DNA from: Gammaproteobacteria bacterium | Lineage (GTDB): Bacteria; Pseudomonadota; Gammaproteobacteria; Magnimaribacterales; AG-339-G14 | NCBI GenBank assembly: GCA_019652555.1 | Contig: BPAJ01000002.1 | Span: forward strand, 257,747 to 321,746 | Direction: 5' to 3' | DNA length: 64,000 nt | In this document: in pieces, positions 19,484 through 29,222 of the stretch | Position numbering within the stretch: position 1 is the stretch's first letter | Layout: every line of letters begins with the position of its first letter | Translations under genes and position numbers: made by a program | The notes under the pieces: model-generated | The model's database searches: none | Told to the model about the DNA's origin: nothing | Seen by the model: only the letters and a program-made list of their open reading frames with translations

Positions 19484-20479
19484 ATGGCAAATTTTAAAAG
19501 AAAATATCCTCTTTCTAGGCTAAGAAGGCTAAGAGCTAACAAATCCATCAGGAATCTCGTTGCTGAAAATAAATTATCAGTCGATGACTTGATTCAGCCT
19601 ATTTTCGTAAAGGAATCTTTAAAGGAAAAAGAAGAAATAGAATCTTTACCTGGAATTTTTAGACATTCGGATAAAAGTATTCTTAAAGAGGTAGAAGAGC
19701 TCTTAAGTTTAGGCATAAAAGCGGTAGCCATTTTCCCTGTAATCGATGAAGACAAGAAAGATGAGGAGGGCTCTGAGGCAATAAATGAAAATAATTTTTT
19801 AAATAATATCATTAAGACAATAAAACAAAATTTTCCAGAGATTCTAGTTGTTGCTGATGTTGCTTTAGATCCATACACAATTCATGGACACGATGGTGTA
19901 TTAAATTCTGACGGTGATGTTGATAATGATAGGACGCTCAAAATTCTAGAAGATCAGGCATTGAAGCTAGCTCTAGCAGGTACAGACATCATTGCTCCAT
20001 CTGACATGATGGATGGCAGAGTTGGAGTCATAAGGAAAGCCCTTGAAGAAAAGGGCTTTAAAAATACTATGATTCTAGCTTACTCAGCAAAATACAGTTC
20101 TAAGTTCTATGGTCCTTTTAAGGAAGCAGTTGAATCAGCAAAATTTTTTGGAAATAAAACAAAAGACTCTTATCAAATGGCTGTTGCAAACATTGATGAA
20201 GCTCTTCACGAGGTTGCCTTAGATATAAATGAAGGCGCTGATATTGTTATGGTAAAACCAGGTATGCCTTATCTTGATGTGGTAAAGGCAGTTAAAGAAA
20301 AATTTCAAATGCCAACCTTTGTTTATCAAGTAAGCGGAGAATACGCTATGTTGAAGGCAGCAATTGAAAAAAACTGGCTAAGTGAGGAAGTAATATTTGA
20401 ATCGCTTCTTTCATTTAAGCGAGCTGGTGCGGATTGCATCTTAACTTATGCCGCAAAAGAGATAGCAAAAAATCTATAA
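19484..20479 (+). CDS. hemB: Porphobilinogen synthase (Zn-independent type)
   Basis: APSDMMDGR, FYGPF, MVKPG, YQVSGEY; DVALDPYTIHGHDG replaces the Cys-rich Zn site. Confidence 0.97.
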   Translation: MANFKRKYPLSRLRRLRANKSIRNLVAENKLSVDDLIQPIFVKESLKEKEEIESLPGIFRHSDKSILKEVEELLSLGIKAVAIFPVIDEDKKDEEGSEAINENNFLNNIIKTIKQNFPEILVVADVALDPYTIHGHDGVLNSDGDVDNDRTLKILEDQALKLALAGTDIIAPSDMMDGRVGVIRKALEEKGFKNTMILAYSAKYSSKFYGPFKEAVESAKFFGNKTKDSYQMAVANIDEALHEVALDINEGADIVMVKPGMPYLDVVKAVKEKFQMPTFVYQVSGEYAMLKAAIEKNWLSEEVIFESLLSFKRAGADCILTYAAKEIAKNL

Positions 20480-20487
20480 TTTCTGAT

Positions 20488-21507
20488 ATGCGTAACTCCA
20501 GGTTTCAAAATGCTTTGAATCGGGTTCCTCAGGAAATTCCGCCGATATGGTTTATGCGTCAAGCTGGCAGATATCATGATCATTATCAAAATCTCAAGAA
20601 ATCTCACTCTTTCGTTGAGCTTTGTAAAATTCCAGCCTTGTCAGCTCAAACTGCTTTAGGTCCAATAGAAGAATTTGACTTTGATGTCGCTATTTTATTC
20701 AGCGACATTCTTTTTCCCTTGGAGTCTTTGGGTATGGATTTGATTTATGACCCCGGTCCAATATTCAAAGAACATCTATTAGAAGAAAATGCTTCTAGAA
20801 TCCTTGTCAATAAAAATCCTATTGCTTCTTTGGAATTCCAAGGGGAGGCAATAGAAAGAACTTTGGAATTACTTCCAGACGATAAGTCTATGATTGGCTT
20901 TATTGGCGGACCATGGACATTGTTATCTTTTGCCTCAGCTAAAAATAAATTAGATAAGATTGGAAAAATAGAAAGTTACCAATGGGCAATTTTGGAAGAG
21001 TATATCTATCCTCTTTTACATAAAAACATTTCTTTGCAATTGCAGGCTGGAGCTGAACTTGTAATGATTTTTGATTCTTGTGCACACCAGCTTGCTAAAG
21101 ATGATTTATCTATTTACCTCAATAAAGTTTTAAATGAGTTAGTAAAGTCTTTTCCAAATCAAGTTGGCTACTATGCAAAAGACGGAATTTCTTATGATGA
21201 TATCTTTAAAGCATCTGATAGTTTCGAAGTTCCTTTTGCAGGAATTGGGGTAGATTCAAATGTCAGCATTCAAGATATTTTTGCAAAAAGGAAAGATGGG
21301 TTCATCCAAGGCAATTTCAGTGAAAAAATCATTACTCAGGATTTCAACGAATTTGATAAAGCTTTAAATTTATTTCTAGAAGATATTTCCTCTCTTTCAA
21401 TAGAGGATAGAAAAGGATGGGTATGTGGGTTAGGTCATGGCGTTATCAAGACCACACCTCAAGAAAATGTTAAACATTTTGTGAAAAAAGTAAGGTCTTA
21501 TTTATGA
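20488..21507 (+). CDS. hemE: Uroporphyrinogen decarboxylase
   Basis: PIWFMRQAGRY, AILFSDIL, GFIGGPWTL, LGHGV. Confidence 0.95.
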   Translation: MRNSRFQNALNRVPQEIPPIWFMRQAGRYHDHYQNLKKSHSFVELCKIPALSAQTALGPIEEFDFDVAILFSDILFPLESLGMDLIYDPGPIFKEHLLEENASRILVNKNPIASLEFQGEAIERTLELLPDDKSMIGFIGGPWTLLSFASAKNKLDKIGKIESYQWAILEEYIYPLLHKNISLQLQAGAELVMIFDSCAHQLAKDDLSIYLNKVLNELVKSFPNQVGYYAKDGISYDDIFKASDSFEVPFAGIGVDSNVSIQDIFAKRKDGFIQGNFSEKIITQDFNEFDKALNLFLEDISSLSIEDRKGWVCGLGHGVIKTTPQENVKHFVKKVRSYL

Positions 21508-22520
21508 GTTTTTTAGGCGAAGAGAATTTTTCCCACGAAGACAAACAAAAAGTTGGTGTAATTATCTGCAATCTTGGTTCGCCAGATAGTTACTCTACAA
21601 AAGATGTAAGAAAATACCTTAGAGAATTTTTATCAGATACGAGAGTCATAGAAGTGCCAAAAATAATCTGGTGGTTGGTACTTAATCTCTTTATTTTGCC
21701 TTTTAGACCCAGAAAATCAGCAGCCCTATATAAATCAGTATGGCTTGAAGAAGGCTCGCCGTTGCTGGTTTATTCAAAGAGATTTTTAAGCAAGATAAAA
21801 AACCTGAATGAAAATTCTGAATCTATAGAATTTGAATTAGCCATGCGCTATGGAAATCCAAGCATTGAAAAAGCTTTGTTGAGTTTGAAGGAGAAAAATT
21901 GTCGTAAAATTTTACTTCTACCTTTGTTTCCTCAATATTCTGCAGTAACTGCTGCAACAATATTCGATAAGGTGAGCGCAATTCTTTCAAGATGGCGCTG
22001 GGTTCCTAGTTTGCATTTTGTGAGCGGCTACCACGATAATTCTGAGTACATAAATTCATTAGCTAACACAATTAAAACTCATGAATTTTATGGAAAACAA
22101 GACAAGGTAGTTTTTTCTTATCATGGCATTCCAAAAAAATATTTTGATGAGGGAGATCCTTACCATTGTTTTTGTCAGAAGACTTCTCGCTTGGTTGCAG
22201 AAGCTTTAGGGCTTGAAGAAAATCAGTACATTACTAGTTTTCAATCGAGATTGGCAGCGGCTGGAAGAGAGTGGTTAAAACCCTATACAAGTGAACTGAT
22301 GGAAAAATTACCTGAAGAGGGAGTAAAAAAAATCTTAATTTTATCGCCTGGGTTTAGTATGGATTGTTTAGAAACCATAGAAGAAATCGATGAAGAAAAT
22401 AAGGAAATATTCCTAGATTCTGGTGGTGAGGCTTTCCATTACATAGCTTGCTTAAATGATAACGACGAGCATGTGGAAGCTATCAATAATTTAATTGCAA
22501 ATAAAATATCCCAACTATGA
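21504..22520 (+). CDS. hemH: Ferrochelatase
   Basis: NLGSPD, AMRYGNPSI, LFPQYS, FSYHGIP, GDPY, WLKPYT, DCLETIEEI. Confidence 0.96.
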   Translation: MSFLGEENFSHEDKQKVGVIICNLGSPDSYSTKDVRKYLREFLSDTRVIEVPKIIWWLVLNLFILPFRPRKSAALYKSVWLEEGSPLLVYSKRFLSKIKNLNENSESIEFELAMRYGNPSIEKALLSLKEKNCRKILLLPLFPQYSAVTAATIFDKVSAILSRWRWVPSLHFVSGYHDNSEYINSLANTIKTHEFYGKQDKVVFSYHGIPKKYFDEGDPYHCFCQKTSRLVAEALGLEENQYITSFQSRLAAAGREWLKPYTSELMEKLPEEGVKKILILSPGFSMDCLETIEEIDEENKEIFLDSGGEAFHYIACLNDNDEHVEAINNLIANKISQL

Positions 22521-23335
22521 TCAGCAGTTTAGATGAAAAAAAAGATTCAGCATCTCAATGGTTTAGATCTTTGAGAGACCAATTTTGCACTGCCTTTGAA
22601 GAATTAGATGGCGGAAAGTTTGAAAGAAAAAAATGGAATCATAAAGGTTCTGGCGGTGGCGAAATAAGTATTCTAAAGGGCGAGGTATTTGAAAAGGTTG
22701 GGGTAAATATTTCAACTGTTGCAGGTGAATTTTCTGATGATTTTAAATCTCAAATCAAAGGAACAGAAAAATCTGCAGAGTATTGGGCTTCTGGGATCAG
22801 TTTGGTTGCTCACATGCAATCGCCCAAGGTGCCGGCTTTTCATTTCAATACGAGATTTTTAGCTACCGGTGAAAATTGGTTTGGAGGCGGAACAGATATG
22901 ACTCCATCAATTCCAGACGATAAAGAAACTAAACTTTTTCACGCTAAGTTAAAAGAAGCATGTGATAAATCAGACAATAACTATTACTCGGATTTTAAAA
23001 AAAATTGTGATGAATATTTCTATCTTGCTCATCGAGATGAACCCAGAGGAGTTGGCGGCATTTTTTTTGATCATTTGAATACCGGCAACTGGCAAGACGA
23101 TTTTGATTTTGTAAAAGAGCTTGGTTCAACCACTCTCAATATTATTAAAGAAACCGTATCTAGCAAAAAAGACTTAGACTGGACTGAAGAAGAAAAAGAA
23201 CAACAATTGATCAAAAGAGGGCGTTACGTAGAATTCAATTTGATTTGGGATAGAGGTACTTTGTTTGGTTTAAAAACTGGAGGATCTACAGAAGCTATCC
23301 TGATGTCCATGCCGCCGTCAGCGAAGTGGAAATAA
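22517..23335 (+). CDS. hemF: Oxygen-dependent coproporphyrinogen III oxidase
   Basis: FEKVGVN, WFGGGTD, RGVGGIFFD, RGRYVEFNL..DRGTLFGL. Confidence 0.96.
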   Translation: MISSLDEKKDSASQWFRSLRDQFCTAFEELDGGKFERKKWNHKGSGGGEISILKGEVFEKVGVNISTVAGEFSDDFKSQIKGTEKSAEYWASGISLVAHMQSPKVPAFHFNTRFLATGENWFGGGTDMTPSIPDDKETKLFHAKLKEACDKSDNNYYSDFKKNCDEYFYLAHRDEPRGVGGIFFDHLNTGNWQDDFDFVKELGSTTLNIIKETVSSKKDLDWTEEEKEQQLIKRGRYVEFNLIWDRGTLFGLKTGGSTEAILMSMPPSAKWK

Positions 23336-23336
23336 G

Positions 23337-23861
23337 ATGAGAAATACTCTTGTAATATATTCTTCTGTAGATGGTCATACTCAAAAAATCTCGAGCAAAA
23401 TTGCTGAACATATCAAGCATCACGCAAACGTTGACTTAACTTCATTAGTTGACGCTCAATCGCTGAGCTTAAAAAATTATCAACAAGTTATTATTGGGGC
23501 CAGCATCAGATATGGTAACTATCGAAAAGAACTTTTTGAGTTTATTGAAAAAAACCTTGATGAGCTCTCAAGCAAAGAAAACGCTTTTTTTAGTGTAAAT
23601 GTCGTTGCTAGAAAGCCAGAGAAAAATACTCCCGATACTAATCCGTATGTTGCAAAATTTCTCAAAGCAACAAAATGGAAACCAAACAAAATGGATGTTT
23701 TTGCTGGCGTTGTTGATTACCCAACATATAATTTTTTCGATAGATTTATGATTAGACTTATCATGTGGATCACCAAAGGCCCTACAGACGCCAAGGCTAG
23801 ATTTGAATTTACCGACTGGAAAAGAGTAGAGGATTTTTCCAAATCATTAATTAAGAACTAA
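23337..23861 (+). CDS. hemG: Flavodoxin-type protoporphyrinogen IX dehydrogenase
   Basis: YSSVDGHT, IGASIRYG, FFSVNVVARKPEK, EFTDW. Confidence 0.93.
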   Translation: MRNTLVIYSSVDGHTQKISSKIAEHIKHHANVDLTSLVDAQSLSLKNYQQVIIGASIRYGNYRKELFEFIEKNLDELSSKENAFFSVNVVARKPEKNTPDTNPYVAKFLKATKWKPNKMDVFAGVVDYPTYNFFDRFMIRLIMWITKGPTDAKARFEFTDWKRVEDFSKSLIKN

Positions 23862-24991
23862 AGCTCAGTAGCGAGCTCAATAAATTTATTTTTTAGAAAA
23901 GTTAGTTTATTCGTAAGACTAAAAGCATGATTTCTAATGAGTCTTATCCAGATATTTTTTTGCTCGAAACCTCTTTTGAAAGCTTCCATAGCAGCTGCTA
24001 GGGCTAAATTGATTGGAATTCTTTGTCTATTATATTTATCTTCAATTTGTTTAACTTGAAGCAAACTTTCAGGAGTAATTAAATCCGATAGAGATTTCAC
24101 ATCACCGATTCCTGCGTTTAATCCCAATCCTGCTAACGGATGAATATGGTGCGCAGCATCTCCCACAAGAAAAACATTACCTCTGGCAAAAGTTTTTGCA
24201 GAGAGGTGTTTTAGGGGAAATGACTGCCTTTTGGCTGAGAATTTTATTTCTGGAAGTTTTTCCCCGAAAGATTGATGAATTTCATTTATGAAGTCATCTT
24301 CATTCATACCTAAGTAATCATAGGCCTGGGTATCGTCAATGGACCATATCATAGTAAGTTCAGTCTCATTCATTGGCAGCAAAGCAAGCGGTCCCACCGA
24401 GGTGAAAGTTTGTCTAATGCATGAGTCTGTTTGGGGTACAGAAAAGTTAGCAACTATTGCTGTCTGATTGTAACTCCAAGTTCTTGAAGAAATCGAAGAA
24501 AGGTTTCTTACACTTGATTGAATGCCATCTGCACCTATTAAAATTCTTGTCTCCAACTTTCCCTTTGATGTTTCGCAATGAATATCTCCGTTAATTTTCT
24601 CTATTTTTTCTAAATTACAACTCCACAAAAGATTTTTTGAATCGGAAACGAGAGATAACAGAGAATTTTGAATGTCTCCTTCTTTGACTATGAAGCCAAT
24701 ATTCGGAATATTTTTTTCCAATTCATTTACATTGAAATCTATGAATCCAGTGCCTTCTTGATCCCAAACCTTTATCTGGTTGTATTCAAAAGCATTTTTA
24801 CTTATGACATTCCATGCATCTAGCTCTTTAAGAAATGTCATACTTTTGTTATTCAATGATAGATGGCGGTAACTATTTGGGGCTTTATCTCGACCGTCTA
24901 TTAGACCGACATTTATATTTTTATTCTTCAATGCAAGAAAAAGGAGGGCACCAGTTACGCCAGCACCAACAATGAGGACATCATATTTCAT
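23858..24991 (-). CDS. ubiI: FAD-dependent ubiquinone-pathway hydroxylase, UbiI/VisC-like
   Basis: IVGAGVTG, GADG, GDAAHHIHPLAGLGLNAG; IKVWDQEGTGFIDF resembles UbiI more than UbiH. Confidence 0.7.
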   Translation of the reverse strand: MKYDVLIVGAGVTGALLFLALKNKNINVGLIDGRDKAPNSYRHLSLNNKSMTFLKELDAWNVISKNAFEYNQIKVWDQEGTGFIDFNVNELEKNIPNIGFIVKEGDIQNSLLSLVSDSKNLLWSCNLEKIEKINGDIHCETSKGKLETRILIGADGIQSSVRNLSSISSRTWSYNQTAIVANFSVPQTDSCIRQTFTSVGPLALLPMNETELTMIWSIDDTQAYDYLGMNEDDFINEIHQSFGEKLPEIKFSAKRQSFPLKHLSAKTFARGNVFLVGDAAHHIHPLAGLGLNAGIGDVKSLSDLITPESLLQVKQIEDKYNRQRIPINLALAAAMEAFKRGFEQKNIWIRLIRNHAFSLTNKLTFLKNKFIELATEL

Positions 24992-26271
24992 TAACTCGCC
25001 ATCAGTTGTTGAATGTCATCAAGCTCTTTAATGGCTGAACTAAGAACTTTTGGCTGATTGTTTTCAACTAACACATCATCTTCGATTCGAATTCCAATTC
25101 CTTTAAATTTTTCAGGTACGTTTTCTTCATTACTGATGTAGATTCCTGGTTCGATAGTGGTAATCATCCCATTTTCATAAGACCTTACTTTGCCATCTTT
25201 TTCATAGCCACCGACATCGTGCACATCAAGACCCAACCAATGACCGACGCGGTGCATATAAAACTTTGAATAAGATTGAGTTTCAATGACTTCTTCTTTA
25301 GAGCCTTTTAACAAACCCAAGCTTAATAGTCCTTCAACAATGACTTCTAAAGATTTTTTATGCGTCTCAAGAGGATTAGATTTTTCTGAAATGCTTTCAA
25401 TAGATTGCTTTTGAGATTCCAAAACGATCTCGTAGATAAGTTTCTGTTCTGACGAAAATTTTCCATTAACAGGAAAAGTTCTAGTGATATCGCTCGCGTA
25501 GCCCTTGTATTCGCAGCCTGCATCAACCAGAACCAAATCACCGTCTTTTAGCAAATCTGTATTCTTGCTGTAATGAAGAATGCATGCATTTTCTCCTCCT
25601 CCCACGATAGAAGGATAGGCACACTCCTTTGCTCCATTGACCATAAATTCATGCAGATATTCTGCTTCAAGTTGATATTCGTACATATCTGGTTTTACAG
25701 CTTTCATTGCTCTTTCATGAGCCGAAGATGAGATATCACATGCTTTTTGAATAATACTGATTTCTTCTTTAGATTTTAAAAGTCTTAATTCGTGTATTAA
25801 AGAATCAACACTCTTAATGTTTTTTGGATTTAAATCAAAGTTGATCTTTTTACCTTTTAGCCCTTTGGTTAATGCAAAGAATAATTTTTTTTGACTTTTG
25901 TTTTGACAAAATAAATGATCTGCACCTTCAAGAAATTCAGTGGTTTTTAAAATGAGATCGTCTATTTTAAAACCGCTTTCAAAACCCAGTTGGGTCACAT
26001 TTTCAGGACCCAATCGAGGTCCCTCCCATTTTTCTCTTACTTCATCTTTTTCCGCACAGAGGAGATGAAAAATCGTACTCCCTTTTTTTTCAATAACTAA
26101 TGCAGCATCGGCTTCATTAAAGTTAGTTAAGTACAAAAAATCGCTATCTTGTCTGAAAGAATAGTCAGTATCACCATTTCTGATTTTTTGATTGGCTGAA
26201 TGAATGACTGCTACCGATCCATCAGGCAACAGATCAGCTAATTTTTTTCTTCTTTCTAGAAAAATGTCCAT
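24991..26271 (-). CDS. pepP: Xaa-Pro aminopeptidase
   Basis: FRQDSDFLYLT, DAGCEY, SDITRTFP, HWLGLDVHD, TIEPGIY, GIRIEDD. Confidence 0.96.
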   Translation of the reverse strand: MDIFLERRKKLADLLPDGSVAVIHSANQKIRNGDTDYSFRQDSDFLYLTNFNEADAALVIEKKGSTIFHLLCAEKDEVREKWEGPRLGPENVTQLGFESGFKIDDLILKTTEFLEGADHLFCQNKSQKKLFFALTKGLKGKKINFDLNPKNIKSVDSLIHELRLLKSKEEISIIQKACDISSSAHERAMKAVKPDMYEYQLEAEYLHEFMVNGAKECAYPSIVGGGENACILHYSKNTDLLKDGDLVLVDAGCEYKGYASDITRTFPVNGKFSSEQKLIYEIVLESQKQSIESISEKSNPLETHKKSLEVIVEGLLSLGLLKGSKEEVIETQSYSKFYMHRVGHWLGLDVHDVGGYEKDGKVRSYENGMITTIEPGIYISNEENVPEKFKGIGIRIEDDVLVENNQPKVLSSAIKELDDIQQLMAS

Positions 26272-26338
26272 ATGTTGATTTTACTTCAATATAAAGTCTT
26301 TATAGAAACGTTATTGATATAAGAATAAAATAATATCT

Positions 26339-26527
26339 GTGTCGCAGAAGGAATTAGAGAAAAATCTAAAGGAGCTTTTAGAACTTTCTAAAAAACTTAG
26401 AGAGGCAAATAAAGATTTAAGAAACAAAAATTTAAGACTTAAAAAAGAGAATAATCGTCTAAAAGATAATATAGAATTATCAAGAAATAAGTTAGAAATA
26501 TTGATTTCAAAATTAGAAGCTTTATGA
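26339..26527 (+). CDS. Short coiled-coil protein (TIGR02449/ZapB-like) upstream of zapA
   Basis: Heptad pattern; conserved position between pepP and zapA; GTG start. Confidence 0.75.
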   Translation: MSQKELEKNLKELLELSKKLREANKDLRNKNLRLKKENNRLKDNIELSRNKLEILISKLEAL

Positions 26528-26892
26528 GTGAAGACGATCAAGACATAGTAACCCTTAAAATAGCAGGCATCGAGTATCAGTTATATTGTCCTCCTGAGGA
26601 ACAATCCACCTTGATCGAAGCCGGTGAAATCTTGGATAAGCGAATCAAATCCATCAAACGCAAAACAAGAAATCTTCCAATTGAAAAAGTTGCCGTATTA
26701 GCAGGCCTTGACGTAGTGAATGAATTCCTCTCAAACGAAGGAGCTTCATCAATCGAGGCAAATGATGAATCATCGGCAGCTACAGATGAAAAATCAGCCG
26801 CAAATGTTTCAGAAGAAAAAGTCGATTCATCTGAAGAAGAAAATTTAAGTCTTAAGTTAGTAGACGAGATTTCTGAATTATCTAAGCTTTAA
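26524..26892 (+). CDS. zapA: Cell division protein ZapA with acidic C-terminal tail
   Basis: IAGIEYQLYCPPEEQSTL...EKVAVLAGL; upstream of 6S RNA. Confidence 0.85.
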   Translation: MSEDDQDIVTLKIAGIEYQLYCPPEEQSTLIEAGEILDKRIKSIKRKTRNLPIEKVAVLAGLDVVNEFLSNEGASSIEANDESSAATDEKSAANVSEEKVDSSEEENLSLKLVDEISELSKL

Positions 26893-26897
26893 AATAT

Positions 26898-26906
26898 TGC
26901 TATAAT
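26898..26906 (+). promoter_or_regulatory. Extended -10 promoter of 6S RNA
   Basis: TGcTATAAT about 7 nt before the closing stem. Confidence 0.75.
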
Positions 26907-26912
26907 TTTCAA

Positions 26913-27083
26913 TGCTTCCTGGCTTATTTGCTAGTTATATAACACTTCGAGCCGATGCAAAATAAATAGGGAATTTGATACTTCTCTTGTTGAGCGCCCT
27001 TAGGGCAGCCTGATAGATGGTGATTCTTCCCGACCTGAACTATACGGTTCGGGTTTTATTTAACGGCGATAACTTGGGAAGCT
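26913..27083 (+). ncRNA. ssrS: 6S RNA
   Basis: Canonical zapA-ygfA position; closing stem gcttcc (26914-26919)/ggaagc (27077-27082); cctgaac...ggttc element; about 170 nt. Confidence 0.85.
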
Positions 27084-27092
27084 CTCTTAAAT

Positions 27093-27644
27093 ATGAATAA
27101 AACTGAAGCAAGAGAGTTAATTTCAAAAGGCTTCAAAAGCTTAACTGCCTCCTCTAAAAGTTACCAAGAAAAAGTCCACTTAGATTTTATAAAAGATCAT
27201 TTGGAGAAAAAAAATTTTTCACACGTTGCAAGTTATATGTCTCTGCCTCATGAAGTTTCAACTGAGAAAATAAATAAATTTCTAGCAGATTCCAAAAATC
27301 ATTTTTACCTACCAAAAATCAATTCCAAGAGCAATAAATTGGAATTTGTACTTTGTAACAAAAAAACTAAATTTAGAAAAAATTCTTTAAATATCCTTGA
27401 ACCCATGAGTGAGGAAACCATTGAGCTCGAGAAATTAAATGCGGTTATTGTTCCTTTACGCGCTTTCAATGAGAACTTTCAAAGATTGGGATTCGGAGGA
27501 GGTTTCTATGATAAAACTTTTTCAGGAGTCACCGAACCAGAATTTATTGGCTTGGCTTATGAGTTTCAATTCATAAAAAAATTAATACTTGAAGACTTTG
27601 ACTTGAAGTTAGATGTAGTTTTTACAGATAAGCAATTACTTTAA
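27093..27644 (+). CDS. ygfA: 5-formyltetrahydrofolate cyclo-ligase
   Basis: IVPLRAF, RLGFGGGFYDK, GLAYEFQ. Confidence 0.92.
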   Translation: MNKTEARELISKGFKSLTASSKSYQEKVHLDFIKDHLEKKNFSHVASYMSLPHEVSTEKINKFLADSKNHFYLPKINSKSNKLEFVLCNKKTKFRKNSLNILEPMSEETIELEKLNAVIVPLRAFNENFQRLGFGGGFYDKTFSGVTEPEFIGLAYEFQFIKKLILEDFDLKLDVVFTDKQLL

Positions 27645-29168
27645 AAAAGCTTGGTAACCTTGGTTTTCAGTCTCTCTGGTAAAAGGATAGGAAATCCTTA
27701 GGAGATCTCTTTCCAGACTTTTTACTTGCTTCTGTCTTATTGTAAAACCTACTAAAGCACCACCATAGATTGCACCTTGATTTTTATAATGAAAAAGGGA
27801 GATATCCCATTTGTCTTTAAGCAAAGTTAAAAAATTGAGAAGGGCACCTGGTTTTTCAGGGAAATCTACACTGTAAACTTCTTCTACGAATTCACCTTCT
27901 AGTTGGGGTCCTCTACCACCATGCATGAATTTAAGATGTTTTTTAGAGATTTCATCGTTGCTTAAATCTGTAAAAGAGTACTTTTTATTTCTTAAGGCTT
28001 TTAAAAAAATATCTTTGCTTTTTTTTGAATCTTGAAGTTCCAATCCCAAAAGAATTTTTGCTTTAGAACTGCCATCTTTTCTATAACTAAACTCGGTGAT
28101 ATTTTTTTGGCCGATGTCTCTGCAAAGTTTTCTAAACGAACCCTTTTTTTCGTCTATAGCTATACTTAAAATAATTTCCTTTTTTTCTCCAATTTTGGAT
28201 CTTTCAACAATATGTCCCAAAGACTCAAAATTGAGATTTGAGCCGCAATAAGTTGCGATAAGATTTTTATTCTTAATTCTTTTTTGGCTTATGTATTTTT
28301 TTAATCCTGCAAGTGCTAATGCTCCAGTTGGTTCAGGAACAGTCCTAGTTTCCAAGAAAGTATCTTTCACAGCAGCACAAATTTCATCGGTATCAACGGT
28401 TATTGAATCATCTAAGAAATTTTTTATAAGTTCGTAGTTATTTTTTCCTATTTGTTTTGCCGCAGCTCCATCAGCAAACAATCCAACTTCTTTGAGTTTC
28501 ACTCTTTTACCTGCCTTCACAGAGGCATGTAATCCTGCTGAATCCGCTGCTTCAACACCTATTATTTTTACATTGGGATGAACTTTATTTAAGTAAGCTC
28601 CAATTCCAGCAATCAAACCACCACCACCAACGGCAACGAATACAGCATAAAGATTTTCAGGAAATTGTTCTGAGATTTCCATGCCAACCGTACCTTGTCC
28701 TGCAATTACTAATGGATCATCAAATGGATGGATGAAATTTACTTTATTTTTTTTACAGAATGTTTTCGATTCTTTAAGCGCATCATCAAAGTTATTACCT
28801 ACCAAAACTACCTTAGCTTTCAAATCTCTCACTGCGTTAACTTTGATCAAAGGCGTGGTCTTTGGCATGAAGATAGTGGCCTTGATGCCTAGCTCTTTTG
28901 CCGAATAAGCTACTCCTTGGGCATGATTTCCCGCGGATGCTGTTGCCACTTCAGTAATCTTTTTGGATTGATAAAGGTGAGCAATCTTGTTGTAAGCACC
29001 CCTAATTTTAAAAGAGTGGGTAGGCTGCAAATCTTCTCTTTTTAAGAAAATACTATTTGCCAGTTCTTTTGATAAATTATCAGCCTTAGTTAGAGGTGAA
29101 ATACTAGCAACCTCATAAACTTTAGAGTTCTCTATTTTTTCTATGTAGTTTTTGATTACTTTTTTCAT
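27636..29168 (-). CDS. ilvA: Threonine ammonia-lyase, biosynthetic
   Basis: LKREDLQPTHSFKIRGAYN, SAGNHAQG, two C-terminal regulatory domains. Confidence 0.96.
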   Translation of the reverse strand: MKKVIKNYIEKIENSKVYEVASISPLTKADNLSKELANSIFLKREDLQPTHSFKIRGAYNKIAHLYQSKKITEVATASAGNHAQGVAYSAKELGIKATIFMPKTTPLIKVNAVRDLKAKVVLVGNNFDDALKESKTFCKKNKVNFIHPFDDPLVIAGQGTVGMEISEQFPENLYAVFVAVGGGGLIAGIGAYLNKVHPNVKIIGVEAADSAGLHASVKAGKRVKLKEVGLFADGAAAKQIGKNNYELIKNFLDDSITVDTDEICAAVKDTFLETRTVPEPTGALALAGLKKYISQKRIKNKNLIATYCGSNLNFESLGHIVERSKIGEKKEIILSIAIDEKKGSFRKLCRDIGQKNITEFSYRKDGSSKAKILLGLELQDSKKSKDIFLKALRNKKYSFTDLSNDEISKKHLKFMHGGRGPQLEGEFVEEVYSVDFPEKPGALLNFLTLLKDKWDISLFHYKNQGAIYGGALVGFTIRQKQVKSLERDLLRISYPFTRETENQGYQAFLK

Positions 29169-29222
29169 AAAAATTCTGGAAAGCGAGGTATTATACGTAG
29201 AGTTCTCTTATAAGCCATAGAC

